Below are positions 13,141 through 28,254 of a stretch of 64,000 nucleotides of DNA, piece after piece. The number at the start of each line of letters is the position of its first letter. Positions within the stretch are counted from its first letter, which is position 1. The position numbers were made by a program, and so were the translations under genes. Below the pieces are notes generated by a model. It made no database searches. It was given only the letters and a program-made list of their open reading frames with translations, and had not been told where the DNA came from. The DNA comes from Octopus sinensis (taxonomy: Eukaryota), in NCBI RefSeq assembly GCF_006345805.1, contig NC_043003.1, positions 83,452,001-83,516,000 of the forward strand. Direction: 5' to 3'.

Positions 13141-13438
13141 TGATTTTCCATCAAAGCCAAAAGCAAGGGGTCTGGTCGGCCCAGATGACTTTTTTTCCAC
13201 ATCACATAAATGTCAGGTTGATCAGCTCTGATCAACTCAAATTTTGGCACCGGGAGATAACCCGCCTAAATGATATTATGCAATCTACATCGCTCTTTTT
13301 CTAGATTCGCTCCTAGTGTAGTGAACGACTGACGTTGGTCCATTAGAATCCTTTTAACAACATCATTGTTTACCAATTTTGATATAAAATTATATCAATA
13401 TGCATCATGTGATGTGATACCGTATCGTGTTTGACTAT

Positions 13439-13690
13439 GGAGGCGCGTGGCTTAGTGGTTAGGGTGTTGAACTCATGAACGTAAGGTTGTGGTTTCAATT
13501 CCTGGACTGGGCGATGCATTTTGTTCTTGGGCAAAACACTTCATTTCACGTTGCTCCAGTCCACTCAGCTGGCAAGAATGAGTAATCCAGCGACGGAACG
13601 GCGTCCCGTCCAGATGGGGAATTTCTACGCCACTGAAACCGGGAAACCGGCCCTTATGAGCCTGGCATCGCTCGAGAAGGAACATTTATT
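13439..13690 (+). mobile_element. tRNA-derived SINE with CORE-like central domain
   Basis: A-box TGGCTTAGTGG and B-box GGTTTCAATTCC, then GGGCAAAACACTTCATTTCACGTTGCTCCAGTCCACTCAGCTG; the same domain appears reversed at about 17030-17085. Confidence 0.8.
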
Positions 13691-13799
13691 TATTTTTATC
13701 GTGTTTGACTAAACATAGGTTCACTAATTGTTACCTTCATACACTCAAAAGCTTGTACTGTAAAATTAAAGCGTTGTTTGTTCTTAATATTTTACTAAC

Positions 13800-13935
13800 A
13801 TGTGAGTTCAAATTACGAAGAGGTCGATTTTGCCTTTCATTCTTTCAGAGTCTAGTTGAACTCTGGGGTCGATGTAATCGACTTACCCACCCCTCCGAAC
13901 TTACTGGCTTTCTGCCTAAATTTGAAATCAATATT
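13800..13935 (+). mobile_element. Partial SINE family D
   Basis: GAGTTCAAATT..GAGGTCGA.TTTGCCTTTCAT..CTGGGGTCGATGTAATCGACTTA, as in 25830-26051. Confidence 0.75.
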
Positions 13936-14070
13936 TTACTTACAAGCACTATTATAGATTTATCAGAAAGGGATGCCGATGAAATATTTAGATAAAATGT
14001 GATTTTGCAATGTTCGTGCTTTTACTATATAACATTACAAATAGCTTGTAAATTTGGTAAAACCAAAATG

Positions 14071-14952
14071 CGAGGGGTTACCCAAAAGTAACCGGAAACG
14101 TTCTCTGTGGGACAAACCCGCATTTGTTCAGACTTCCGCCACTAGAAGTCATTTGATGCAACCCTCAGGCATCAGTTTGCCGACCGGTATTATCCTGAGT
14201 AGTCGTACTGTAACGTGATGCGTTTTTTTGTTGCTTTTTTTGCAGTGTTTCTCTCATATACGTCGATTTTTGCGATGGCTGAAAAGAAGGAACTGCGTGC
14301 TTCCATGAAATTCTGTTTTCTGCTGGAGAAAACGGCGGCTGAAACAGTTGTCATGCTTCAGAAAGCTTACAAGGACGATGTCATGAACAAAACACAAGTT
14401 TACGAGTGGTTTCCATGCTTTAGGAGTGGTCACTTGTTGCTTGAAGACCAACCCAATTCAAGACGACCGTCGACCTCCCGAATGAATGAAAACATCATAA
14501 ATATTCATGATCTGTTATTGGTGCACCGTCACCGAACAATTAACTGACTTGTTGATATGACTGGTGTGTCCAGGAGCGCCTGCCAACGATTTTTGAGCGA
14601 GGAGTTGCAAATGAAAAGAGTTGCCGCAAAATTTGAGCCTCGCTTGCTCACGGAAGATCAAAATGCGCGTTGTGAACTGAAACAGCAGTTGGAAGTTGAT
14701 CTGCACCTTTTTCCGGAGTTCATCACTGGTGACGAAAGCTGGTGCTACGGAATTTGCAGATGTGGAAGAGGTGAAGAAAAAATGACGGAGGCGTTACAAG
14801 GCATCACATCGCAAGAGTTCCAAGTACTGCTTCAAATTGTGGAAAAAAAGCGCATGGACCGATGAATTGCTTCAAATGGAGAATTCTTTGAAGGTAATAA
14901 AAGTGTAAACATGTAAATATGTAAAACTAAGTTTCTTTGGAGTGCCCTCACG
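14071..14952 (+). mobile_element. mariner DNA transposon, internally deleted and degenerate
   Basis: TIR CGAGGGGTTACCCAAAAGTAACCGG with degenerate right TIR TTTCTTTGGAGTGCCCTCACG|TA. Transposase pieces: HTH N-terminus (MKFCFLLEKTAAET..VYEWF), KRVAAKFEPRLL, ITGDESWCYG, then a jump to the C-terminus (NGEFFEG). Confidence 0.9.
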
Positions 14953-15284
14953 TATTCCAGGAATAACGTGTACTAGAATGTATTATAAAACAAGGAGGTT
15001 GCTTTTGCTGTGTTCTATCGCACAAACGGTATGTTCTTGTATTTGAAAGAATTCAATCTGAAACGAACATAAAAGACACTGTGTATGAGTTCTTGTATTC
15101 TCTAATTGCAATCTCGGTTTCTAAGATAAAGTAGTATATAAGTATATAAATGAAGGTTCCTCTGTTTGTAATTCTTTTGCCCTCAGTAACAACCTCTAGC
15201 GACACAAAATAACCTAAGTCAAGCACCAACCAGCATCTCACAATGAAAAGCGAAGCAGGTAATCTAACAGTCAAAGACCAGATT

Positions 15285-15570
15285 GTATGCTGACTATGAA
15301 GTCAACAGCAGAATTCAGTAGAGTTTACAAAGACAGTTCATTGGAAAAAGAGCAGCAACCTTAAAATAAGTTTGAAGATCAACAGAGCCATTATGGTGCC
15401 AATTTTATTGTATGTCATTGAAACATGGACTGTTTACAGCTGGTACGCCACAGTGATTAACATAAACTGCATGTACAAAATGATGTGCATGTGTTTCTAG
15501 AATAAGGTGCAAGACATTTAACGTCCTTATAACAAGCAGTGTTGCTAAGCTTCCACATCCTCTTACGCAG
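15285..15570 (+). mobile_element. RTE LINE RT C-terminal fragment
   Basis: Translates KISLKINRAIMVPILLYVIETWTVY, matching the RTE motif K..VY.A.V.P.LLYG.ETWTVY. Confidence 0.7.
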
Positions 15571-15814
15571 GACCCAGAGTTGCAAATATATAGGAGCAAA
15601 TGTGGATAATTCACTCAATAATTCTCAATAAATTACTGCATTGTACCCGTTTAATCTATCAATATTTTTGATTGAAAGAACTATTAAAAGAGTGTGACAA
15701 AATGTTTCGTGGCATATGCTCATATCCTTTTTATATTCTGAGTTCAAATTCCATCAAATTATTCCATGGGCGATAAATACATTCAGCAAAATACATCATA
15801 TATATGTGTGCGAG

Positions 15815-15815
<1 letters not shown>

Positions 15816-15890
<75 letters not shown>
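15816..15890. repeat. (GATA)n
   Basis: Seen directly in sequence. Confidence 0.95.
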
Positions 15891-15892
<2 letters not shown>

Positions 15893-16738
15893 TGTCTTTG
15901 TTAAGCTAATAAATCCTTCGTTCCTCAACTCCCAAAAGAGTTGTAGTATAGTACCGTAACTTGAGGAATGTCTTTACACCTGTCGGACTGAGCCCATTCC
16001 ACTCTGAGTTTACACAAGACTTATTTCTTACATAAATTTAGGAAGAACTATCTGAGCACCTTATTGCAGGAGTGATACTTTATTTACCAACCCTGAAAAG
16101 ATGAAAGGCAAAATTTACCTCAGTGTCATTTGAACTCAGAGCATACAGAATAGAAACGAATACCAGAGGGAATTTTAACCAACGATTTAACGACTCTACC
16201 ATCTCGCAGCTTAAACTGCTGAATATTAGAATATGAGAAATGAAATTGCGAGTGATGTAATAATATAACCTATCTAATACTTAAACTAAGTTTTATTACA
16301 GAAATATGAATAACAGCTACATTAGGAAGTTTTCTCAGTTATGAAATATTACTCACAAATACATATGCCTCTGTGTGTGTACATGAGTGTGTGTGTGTTC
16401 GTGTACGTGTGTGCATGTGCGTCTGTGTGTGTGTGTGTGTGTGTGTATGTTTGTGTGTGTGGCTGAATGCTACTGTCTACAGTCATCCGCTCCTACGTAC
16501 ACGTCGACTTATATGTATTTAAGTACGTACATGTATATAGCGCGTGATCGAGTCGTTAGGATGTTCAACTCACGATTATAACCTCGTGGATTTCATTCCT
16601 AGGCTGTGCGTTGTGTTCTTGAGCAAGGCACTCTATATCAAGTGTAGTCTCGCTTAAAATGTTTCAAGTCTAGTCAGCTGAAAATGAGCAACAACGTAGA
16701 ACCAAAGTATCTCTCTCCCCCCCTCTCTCTCTCTCTTA

Positions 16739-16810
<72 letters not shown>

Positions 16811-16822
16811 TTATATGTATAT

Positions 16823-17080
16823 AAAGGGTAAAGACCCCCTTCGGTCATGAATGACCATGGGATTGCACCTAGAAAGTTACCCTCCTAGACACAAGTCCGG
16901 GCAAGGTTGTTTATGGAAGACCAGCAGTCGCCCATGCATACCAGCCTCCCCTCTCCACGCCACCAGTGTTATCCAAGGGAAAGACAAAGGTCGATACAGC
17001 TTGGCACCAGTGACGTCGCAACTCATTTCTACAGCTGAGTGAACTGGAGCAACGTGAAATAAAGTGCTTTGCTCAAGAAC

Positions 17081-17087
<7 letters not shown>
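16823..17087 (-). mobile_element. CORE-like SINE with head truncated at a (TA)n tract
   Basis: Reverse complement of the central domain of 13439-13690 (CAGCTGAGTGAACTGGAGCAACGTGAAAT.AAGTG) plus a GC-rich tail. Confidence 0.75.
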
Positions 17088-17136
<49 letters not shown>

Positions 17137-17779
17137 ATAAAACTATTTAGTTATCTATCTGTCTCACTCTCTCTCCTCTCTCTCTCTCTCTCTCTTTCTC
17201 ACACGCTCACCACATCTGTCATATTCTCGATGTTCCGCTGGCTCAAGTGGATAGAGGAGCCGACAGTGTATCTATATTTGCATGCAACTGCATAGACGTC
17301 TAAATAAATAGCGGGAAAAACGCTACACGTTATTAGGGCATACTCGCGTGCAAGTGACGATTATTGTTATATATACATAGACATGTGTATGTGCAGAGTA
17401 GGGAATACAGAGAGTTTAAAACCAACAAAGAACCAAAATCAGAAGAAAGATCGCAATTTATGCATTCGAATTACAATATCGTGATGCTGTTAATTGAAAG
17501 GGTATGTGATTCTGTGTAGCGCTCAGCCTCTTGCACGTAAATTTCACGAGCAGGCGGATCCATTGCTCGTACCAAGTAGAACACTCGTTGTCGTAACCGA
17601 CGGAGTGCCAGTAACTATATCGTTTCTCGTTGAAATTTGAACAGGTTTATTCCTTTCCTTCCGCTGCAAATGGGACTTTTTTTATGACCGATGTTATGGT
17701 GAGTGGTCTACTTCGTTCAGATCTAGAGGTCAAAACTAGTTTATGCTATATTCGTCAAGGTAGTCATCTAAGTTTTGAG

Positions 17780-18200
17780 TTTTAAAAGGCCTTGCTCGTT
17801 GGTATCGACATCGCAAAATATTGCTTTCACAAAACAGTTCAATTTTTGTTTTTCACATCAAAAGCAATACCGATAGGTGGTCATAAACATACTACATCCA
17901 TGCTACCAGCAAGGTAACCTGTAAGGACTCAAGATTGATTGCCCTCTGGTTTTGCTGAGCTCTTCAAACGTCAGAAGACGTCTTGGTTAATGGTATATGA
18001 TCAATGAGAGAAAGTAAGACAGCTTGTACTTGATGGATATATAGCATCATAAGAAAAAGGTCGGGTTGCAAATGGATTCGAAGTAGAATTGTAATACTTT
18101 TCATGCCCTTTTAATTCAGTATATCCTTCATTGTGGCTTGGACGTTGCTTTTAGTTCAACGTCTCGGCCGGGGGATACTACAACACATTCTTATGTGAAC
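17780..18200 (-). mobile_element. Heavily decayed CR1-like LINE RT fragment
   Basis: Minus frames give KTRGQSILSPYR and YFAMSIPTSKAF, resembling PKKG....SNYR and FA..LDISKAFD. Confidence 0.4.
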
Positions 18201-18364
18201 AGTAAGTAGATTTCGATCTTTTCCTTATCTTGTTCGGCCCTATAAAATTGCTATCTAACTGCATCGACCCGACACAGTTATACAAACTCTACACAGGCAT
18301 TCTCCTGCGCTTGATAGCAGGTACATCATTATCCGAACCATCCAATCGCACGCACACATACCTG

Positions 18365-18427
<63 letters not shown>

Positions 18428-19189
18428 TATTATATTATATTATATTATTTTATATTATATTATATTATATTATATGAAAGCTGAATTGTGCCGAGCGAAT
18501 GAAAGAGAAGTCCTCAATACATGTTGCAGAGTATATAGCTTATTAAAACTAAATACTGACGTCACAACTCGAGTTTTATGCCACTGTGGTCTTTGGGTAA
18601 GAACCTATTCTCGCCTGAAGATCGCTATAATATAAAACACAACTCGCAAGAAAGATATTTGTACTTATTACCATTTTATGTCAATAATATAATTTTGTGT
18701 CTATTTTTGTTGTGAGTATGTATGTATGTATGTATGTATGTATGTATGTATGTATGTATGTATGTATGTATGCATGAATATGTATGTATAGATAGATAGA
18801 TAGAAATATTATTTTATATTATATTATATTGGTGTGGGCAAAAAAAACTTAATTTTTCTCTGGTATGTTATACAGGTTGCAATTACCCGCTTCTTTAACT
18901 TATTCTAAATGGTAATAGGGATTTGTAAAAGGAAAGACACTTTCACAGTTAACGAAGTTTCCCTTGGGATGTAATTGTTACAGTATTGAAATTTCACAGT
19001 TAGCTGCAACGTATTTTATAAGATGTCGTGAGCACTAAATCACCGCTGCAAGAATTATATTACCATAACACAAGCATACGCATGAGATTTTAACATTAGA
19101 ACATAATAGACGTATATATGCGTGTATATGTATGTATACGTGTACATATGTGTATATATAATATATACATATATACATATATTTATATA

Positions 19190-20530
19190 TATATGTGTAT
19201 ATATATATGTATGTATGTATTGATGGATGTATGAATGGATGAAATGGATGAAATGAATGGACACGTGTGTATATAGAGTGATACGTACATACATCTATAC
19301 ATACATGCATATATACATATATATTACGTGCCTTTGAAAATATCACGTTAGCTCGGTGTAGTTAACTGCGGGGTATGATAAGCTAAGCTCACTACACGCT
19401 ATAATATCGGAAATCTTTACAGTGATATAGATAACACACTTCACTCTAGGGAATGGGAAAAATTAGGGTGGGATAATTTCAGAAGAATGATATAAAATAC
19501 CGACTTCATCTGAATCGAGAGAAGAAAAGAAAAATAATTCAATATGATAAACTAGTTTGAAACCAAACCTGAGAACTAATCCTCAGACATGCGGCCCGTA
19601 AGATATTACATTGGCTATCACTTTACTATGTTGTAAGATATCTTTTTCGATAGATAATGGGAAATGTTGAGAGTGGAGTATCATAAAATAATGCTTTGCG
19701 AAGTTTTAAAAAAAACTTCTTACGATACGTTAAAAACATTACCGATATTATACTGTTCGAAATTCGTAAAAAAAACTTTAAAAATGATATGACATATTTT
19801 ATTTGATCAAAATGCACTCACATACACACACACATATATGTATACATACATATATTATATATATATGTGTATATATATATGTATGTATGTATTGATGGAT
19901 GTATGAATGGATGAAATGGATGAAATGAATGGACACGTGTGTATATAGAGTGATACGTACATACATCTATACATACATGCATATATACATATATATTACG
20001 TGCCTTTCAAAATATCACGTTAGCTCGGTGTAGTTAACTGCGGGGTATGATAAGCTAAGCTCACTACACGCTATAATATCGGAATCTTTACAGTGATATA
20101 ATAACACACTTCACTCTAGGGAATGGGAAAAATTAGGGTGGGATAATTTCAGAAGAATGATATAAAATACCGACTTCATCTGAATCGAGAGAAGAAAAGA
20201 AAAATAATTCAATATGATAAACTAGTTTGAAACCAAACCTGAGAACTAATCCTCAGACATGCGGCCCGTAAGATATTACATTGGCTATCACTTTACTATG
20301 TTGTAAGATATCTTTTTCGATAGATAATGGGAAATGTTGAGAGTGGAGTATCATAAATAATGCTTTGCGAAGTTTTAAAAAAAACTTCTTACGATACGTT
20401 AAAAACATTACCGATATTATACTGTTCGAAATTCGTAAAAAAAACTTTAAAAATGATATGACATATTTTATTTGATCAAAATGCACTCACATACACACAC
20501 ACATATATGTATACATACATATATATATAT
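19190..20530. repeat. Near-perfect tandem duplication, unit about 670 bp (about 19190-19860 and 19861-20530)
   Basis: Anchor offsets are 672, 670 and 669 bp; the non-microsatellite parts differ by three 1-bp indels and one substitution that I could see. Confidence 0.95.
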
Positions 20531-20596
20531 ATAGATATAGATATACATGCATACATGTATATGTATGCATATATATATATAATATATATATATATT

Positions 20597-20645
<49 letters not shown>

Positions 20646-20689
20646 TATATATATATTATTTATACAGGTAGGTTCGAGACTAGAGTTCT

Positions 20690-22150
20690 GTATGTAGAAT
20701 ACATTTCGAAGTGTTCAAGAGCCGGTAGATGACAAGCAAGTTAGGCAAATCGATTTACACAGAATATTATATACATTTAACAGAAATATGGATATAAAAT
20801 AGTCCGACTTACAGAATATAAATATCAGGAGTTAAATGGGTAGATATTTTTTAGTTCAACAGCTGCTTCTGGGGGCATTGGGAGTCCGGAATAATGATAG
20901 TTACTTGAATCCTTTATCGGATAACACCACCTCTGTCTTCAGGGAAGAATTTTGCATTGAAGAATTTTACATTTGAGGAGTTGACAGGATGGACTTTAAG
21001 ATGGAATGATTTTGTGGAGAACTGTGTTAAAAAGGGGTGCTGGGGAGTTTAGATAGAGAGTAGTAGAAGAAGAAAATAGACTTAAGGGATAGGGTTTATA
21101 ATAAGGATAGTGATAGTAGTAGAGGTGGAAAGTGGGAGGAAAAGGGAAAGGTAGTATAGGTAGTATGTGAATGATGATCTTTGTGATAGTTTCTATGAAG
21201 GCTATACACTTAAGGGTTGAGATAGTGAAAAGGGCTTGTTATTAATTGGAGAAATGAATTGACTGGTTCAGTAGCTAAGGGGAATGGGGAGGTGGTCAAA
21301 AGTAGTTGTTAGTGGTACAAAGGAATTGGGTTGGTATTGGAAGGGGTGTTGTGGTAAAGGGAGAAATATTCAATTGAATTGAGAGAAGCAAGTAAGGAGG
21401 TGGTAGAGGTAGATTGGTTAGTTTAAAAAGGTGTGGGGCTTTTTTAAGTGCTGTTTGAGATTGGGGAGCGTATGGAGGCTAAGAGGAAAGTGGGAAGTGG
21501 TTGATTTGAAGATTTGGAAGAAATTTGAGATGTGTATATGGAGAGGAATAAGATAATGGGGGTTAGTATTTATTAAGTAATAGGTTGCAAGGTTGACTTT
21601 GTTTTAGATTAAGGTTATTTGGGGTATGGAAGTTTATTATAGGATTATATAGATTTAGTGAAGTGCGAGAAAATTGAGTAGTATCTATGTTTACAAGAAT
21701 ATATAACATCAGAGAATCTATTGAGTAATGAGGAGTTGTGAAGGCGAAGAATGGTTAATGGTTCTTTTAGACATAACTTACCGATAATTGCGTTGTATGG
21801 GGGAGCTTCATACAGGATAGGGTGTATGGAATATTTTGCGATTTGCGGTTGTGTATGTACGTGGCTAAGGAGGTAGATAGTTTAGAGTTTGAATTAGTGA
21901 GAGTTCATATGTGCACGGTAGCTTCACTTGAAATCTACTGTACCGCCGATATATACCCTTGATTGATGTGAACAGGGTGTTATAACACAGCACTTGTAGA
22001 TCACATTTTTACAGGAGCCTGCAAGAGGGCATAATTTAGAAGTGTGACAGATGCAAGTTTTTCTACCTGCTCCGTGGTTGGGGTTTACTACTAGTGAGGT
22101 TGAGCTTGGTTGGTTTGTTGTTAGTGGGGGAGAACCTTAAGTGTAATTTG
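20690..22150 (-). mobile_element. Penelope-like element fragment: GIY-YIG endonuclease (about 21690-22050) plus a strongly C/T-rich downstream region
   Basis: Minus translation CICHTSKLCPLAGSCKNVIYKCCV..RVYIGGTVDFK*SYRAH..LATYIHNRKSQNIPYTL..LLNRFSDVIYSCKHR is a typical PLE endonuclease and C-terminus. The extent of the 3' part is inferred. Confidence 0.8.
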
Positions 22151-22955
22151 TATTTGTATTGGATTGGGAGGTGTATGTATGTACGTACGTACATACGTAT
22201 GCATGTATATATATATATATGTGTATGTATATACACACTTGAAGTCACATGGAGCCGAATTAATACTTGTAGCTCCTACTAAATATGTTGAGTACCTTTT
22301 TATTTCGTTTGTCCACTCATTTATATATATATGTATATATATATATATGTATATATATATATAACCCTCAACACAGGTACCATACTATGCAGAATTGGAA
22401 AAAGTGTGCACCATTTCACTCTGGTATGTTCGGGTTGAATTTATAGTGCGAAAAAATAAGTTGAATAACCATTAAAAGGTAGACAACCAAAAGTGTGTTG
22501 AACTGAAATACTGTCCCTCGGAGATTCCAAATAGGTTTGTGTGATAAGGTGAATGTACGGCCTGTTAAAACTATGGTAATTTTTACAAAGTACGCAACAG
22601 AGTTATACCTTTACGTCGTGAAATAAATATCACTATCTTTAGTATCGGAACATCTGGAATAAACTTCTTTCTGTCCCTCCGGAGTCGATGACAATAGTAC
22701 AGATATGGATTTCTGGCACCAGCACAAACTCCCAAATTTTGATGGGGTGGGATATATTCAATTAGATTCACCTCGGCACTTGACTGATACGAATTTTATC
22801 GCCGCTAGAAGAACTTAAGGTAAAAGTGCCCCCAGCGGGATATTTGATTTCGTAACGTAAAGTGATACAAATACGCTTGTGGCCACCAGGAGTTTTGTTT
22901 GATGCTATCGATTTCGCCATTAATGCAAATAATCAAAATGATATAGCGTGCCATT

Positions 22956-23380
22956 CGGAGCGTGTAGCCCAGTGGTTAGAGTGTTGCATTCATGAACCTG
23001 AGATCGTGGTTTCGAATACCGAACGGGCGGGGTGTTGAATTTTTGAGCAAAGCACTTCATTTTACGTTGCTTTGTGACTACTTCAACGTCTAAGGTCGAT
23101 TTGATTGAGAGTGTAAGCGATTGTGCTACACTGTATTTTATTACTATAAACAAATCATCAGATTATTCAGCAAGAAATCTTCTTTCTCGGACTCGAGAGA
23201 CTACCAAGAAAAGTAGCGTGCCGATAGGAGTCGCCATGCTCTCAATCAACATGCTAGAAACAGCAACCAAGCACACCTCAAGTAAAACCCTGCTGTCATG
23301 AATGAAAAAGGTCACACTCAACTATGTAGGCCTAGTTGCCATAAAACGTAAGATGGTCACGACTGGCGTATCAGTGATCA
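22956..23380 (+). mobile_element. tRNA-derived SINE (head plus decayed body)
   Basis: A-box TAGCCCAGTGG and B-box GGTTTCGAATAC, CORE-like TTGAGCAAAGCACTTCATTT, then the CTAGAAA.AGCA.CCAA motif also seen at about 6771, 24283, 28579, 30972 and 35211. Confidence 0.65.
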
Positions 23381-25829
23381 TAAATATGCTTATATAAGAC
23401 TTGACGATAAGGAAATCAAGTACTAATATAGTGAGTGGGTTCCTTAACACAAATAAATTCTCAGTAAACTTAGTGATTCAGATGTATGCTGTCTGCTTTA
23501 CTTATTCCACTGAAAACATGAATATTACAGCTTCTATTCCTTTATCAACATGAAAATACATGAATATACAACTTCCTTTTTTTTTATCAACTAAAATTCA
23601 CAGGACAGATAAACTGTACGTGGATTCTTCTAATCAAGAAAGTGAAAATCATTATCTTCGTTAATCGCATCAGCACTGGACAGAGACGATTATTAATAAA
23701 TAGCAATAAATATTATAAAACCATATATAAATGGGTATTATTACATCAGTATTAGATAGAGATAAGTATCAGTTAATAAGTAATGCAGAAATAACGATAG
23801 GTATTATAGAAATATAGAGATAGGGTATTATAGAAATGTAGTTGATGTTGTTGTTGCTATTGTTGTTATTGTAGTTGTCGTAATTGTTGTTAGTGTTTTG
23901 CTTGTTGTTTAGTCCCAACCAGATATGATTGCACAGAGCTACAGTGAAAGACATTCAAGCAGTGGTATTCTAGGTTGTCATACGCAGTGTATCTGCATAA
24001 TCTAGTGAGTCCATTGTTTAAGACGATAAAGTATGTGATTCGAGTGTATGCCCTTGCTATTTCTAGCATGTCTGACGACCTCCTAGATGCTCCAACGTCG
24101 TTTCTATCTTCTGATATTAACCTTAAAAACAGTGAAGTGATGATAGGCTACTGGTTTAATTGTAAATCTATATTTATTTGCGAGACACATCTTGAATCCA
24201 AACATCTATCTGCCGAAATTGTAAGTCAAAAACGCATTTCACGAGCCAATGAGAGAATCTATTCACAGTTTTTTGACCTTCTAGAACTAGCAGCCAAATA
24301 TTCCTCAAATCACTCGCTAGTGTGTCAAAAAGAGAGGGACATTGCCTTATGTAAAATAAGACACACTACATAACAAGTTGTTTAGCTGAGGTAAACAACA
24401 GCACCTATTACAACAACTATGATTTTCATCCCTTTATTGCAACACAATGCAGTGTTTTAGCCTTTATGTAACCTAAGGTTTATTGTATATAATATCTAAG
24501 TTGATTTTATATTTTAATAAATATGTAGGCAGTAAAAGAATTGGTATTCTCGACCCTCTCAGAATTATTCTGCGACCTAGCTCGTAGAATTATGACAACA
24601 GTGCAACAAACCTACTATACAATGAAAATGTTTAGTGGTAATGACGTTTATTTTATTTCCAGGTGCGAATTACAGTTGTGGCTAATGATGGCTACCGCTC
24701 TTAAATTGATAGCAGTGATGGTAGTTATGCCATCGGCTTCCAAAACTCCAGCATATTTATGTCTATTGTGTATATCATTCTTTCATTTAGCTTCGGTAAA
24801 TTTAAACTTTCGCTTTTATAATAAATCTCTTACTTCATAACAAGGGTTCCACACTTGTAAATGCCATATTTCTAATGTCATTGCTAAATATTCACACAGT
24901 ATTTAGAAGGGTTCTTAATTCCTTCTCTGACTTCAGTTCCGCCTTTGCAATTCATGGATGACCAAGCTTTTGACCATTCCCGAATTGCATATGATTTACT
25001 ATCCTCTGGTCTTTTCCTGGGCGATATCCAGCTTTTACTTTCCTTAATTCTGGGAAGAGTGGGATAAGATCAATAATAGACGATATAGGTGATAATCTAT
25101 TTTTCCGGTCTCATGTTGGAAATGAAGAACTGGAGTCGATTCATTCGACTGAAATGTTCTTCAAAGTGGTGCTCCAGCATGGCCGCAGTCTAGTAACTGA
25201 AACAAGTAAAAGGTAAAAGGTAAACCAATCTCATCTTTCCTGTCCATTGGCAATAAAATCTACGTCTTAACTTGTTTCTCTCTTTTTTAACACAGACAGC
25301 GAGGCTATCAATAAAAATAAATGACAGCAAATAATGATATACACTGCAGGAATTATAGAATTGAAAACAACAAAACTGTATACTAGGCATCTTCAAACAA
25401 TGCACTCACCAGTAATATCCTTTATCTTTTACTTGCTTCCGTCATTAGAGTGCGACTATGCTGGGGCACCACCTGGGAGAGTTTTAGTCGAATGAATCAA
25501 CCCTAGTACAGTTTTTGTTAAGAATTTCATATAAATATCAAACTTGGAGGTTTATTGCTATCTTTTGTGCAAACATACTAGGACTCAGCTAAACTGATAA
25601 GTCTGTAATGTGAGTTAATTAGTTCATTCGCAGCGCTTGTGGATAACTTGAAATGTTAAATAATGCCCTGGCAATACATGACATTAAACTGCATCTAGTA
25701 TTGAAGCTCCAGCCTGAAAATTCGGGAATTTTGGCCGGAGCATAGTGTTAGCCCTTTGCCACCGCTAGCCAAATGTATGCTCTGGCCCGAGTAGGAGTAC
25801 CTGTCAAGGGCCCCGTTTATATGTCATAT

Positions 25830-26051
25830 AGGCGGCGAGCTGGCGGAAACGTTATCACGCCGGGCGAAATCCGTAGCCGTATTTCGTCTGCCATTACGTT
25901 CCGAGTTCAAATTCCGCCGAGGTCGACTTTGCCTTTCATCCTTTCGGGGTCGATAAATTAAGTACCAGTTACGCACTGGGGTCGATTTAATCGACTTAAT
26001 CCCTTTGTCTGTCCTTGTTTGTCCCCTCTGTGTTTAGCCCCTTGTGGGTAG
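25830..26051 (+). mobile_element. tRNA-derived SINE family D, near full length
   Basis: GGCGGCGAGCTGGCGGAAACGTTA..GAGTTCAAATTCCGCCGAGGTCGACTTTGCCTTTCATCCTTTCGGGGTCGATAAA; multiple partial copies in the window. Confidence 0.85.
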
Positions 26052-26696
26052 TAAAGAAATATATATGTCATATAGAAGATGATCTTGTGGCTAAGACATA
26101 CAGGGAAGCTGGCTTTTAGACATGTGTCACACAGTCCTGCAGGTGTGTTGACATGCCCTGATATTACGTGAAAGATTAAACAGGCGCAAAGATTAAACAG
26201 GCCCCGTGCCACAAAAACATGGAGAAGTAGAGACAAGTTGAGTAAATCGTAAATAACCTTATACAAAGACACGGGCAACCACTGGTGTATTTTCCTCTAT
26301 ACCAATGTTCAAGACTTTGGTACTGATGTCCATAATCGCCGCTGCTTGTGGGTATGGTACATAACAAAGAGCTATAGCCTTTCATATGTTTGTGTATGTT
26401 TGTGTTTGCACATACGTGTGTGTATGAGTGTACATCATTCTGCGTATGCCAGAGTATATGTGTCTGTCTTTCCGAATATGTTTGTTTCTCTATACGCGTT
26501 TGTACATATTTCTGTAGTAGTCTATTGACTCTTATCGATTCAATCAGATAATTCAAAACATCTCACAATATAACTATATATAAAACGGCGGTAAAAAAAA
26601 TATATATATATTTCATGATATCATAAGATATTGTACTACGTAAGATTCAACTAGTATGTCACGATGTGATAGATATGATACTCTATAAAACAGCAA

Positions 26697-26708
26697 ATAA
26701 TAATAATA

Positions 26709-26747
<39 letters not shown>

Positions 26748-26817
26748 ATTATTATCATCATCATCATCATCATTGTTATTATTATTATTATTATTATCAT
26801 CATCATCATCATCATCA

Positions 26818-26868
<51 letters not shown>

Positions 26869-26905
26869 TATTATTATTATTATCATTATTATTATTACTA
26901 TTATA
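26697..26905. repeat. (ATT)n/(ATC)n
   Basis: Seen directly in sequence. Confidence 0.95.
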
Positions 26906-27059
26906 ATTTGAATAGAATGATTTTTTTTTGTTTGTTTCTAAAAGTGACCTCTGGTTGTATTTTATTTGCAGTCTCTGTTCTGTGATTAATGTTATTCCAC
27001 AGAGGCGTTTGATCTTTCCCAACAATTGTTTATTGTAATGTTACATTTTTACGCGCGCA

Positions 27060-28200
<1,141 letters not shown>

Positions 28201-28254
28201 ATATATTTGTGTGTATGCTCGTTTACTTTGAAATAGAAGCTAATGTTGTTTATA

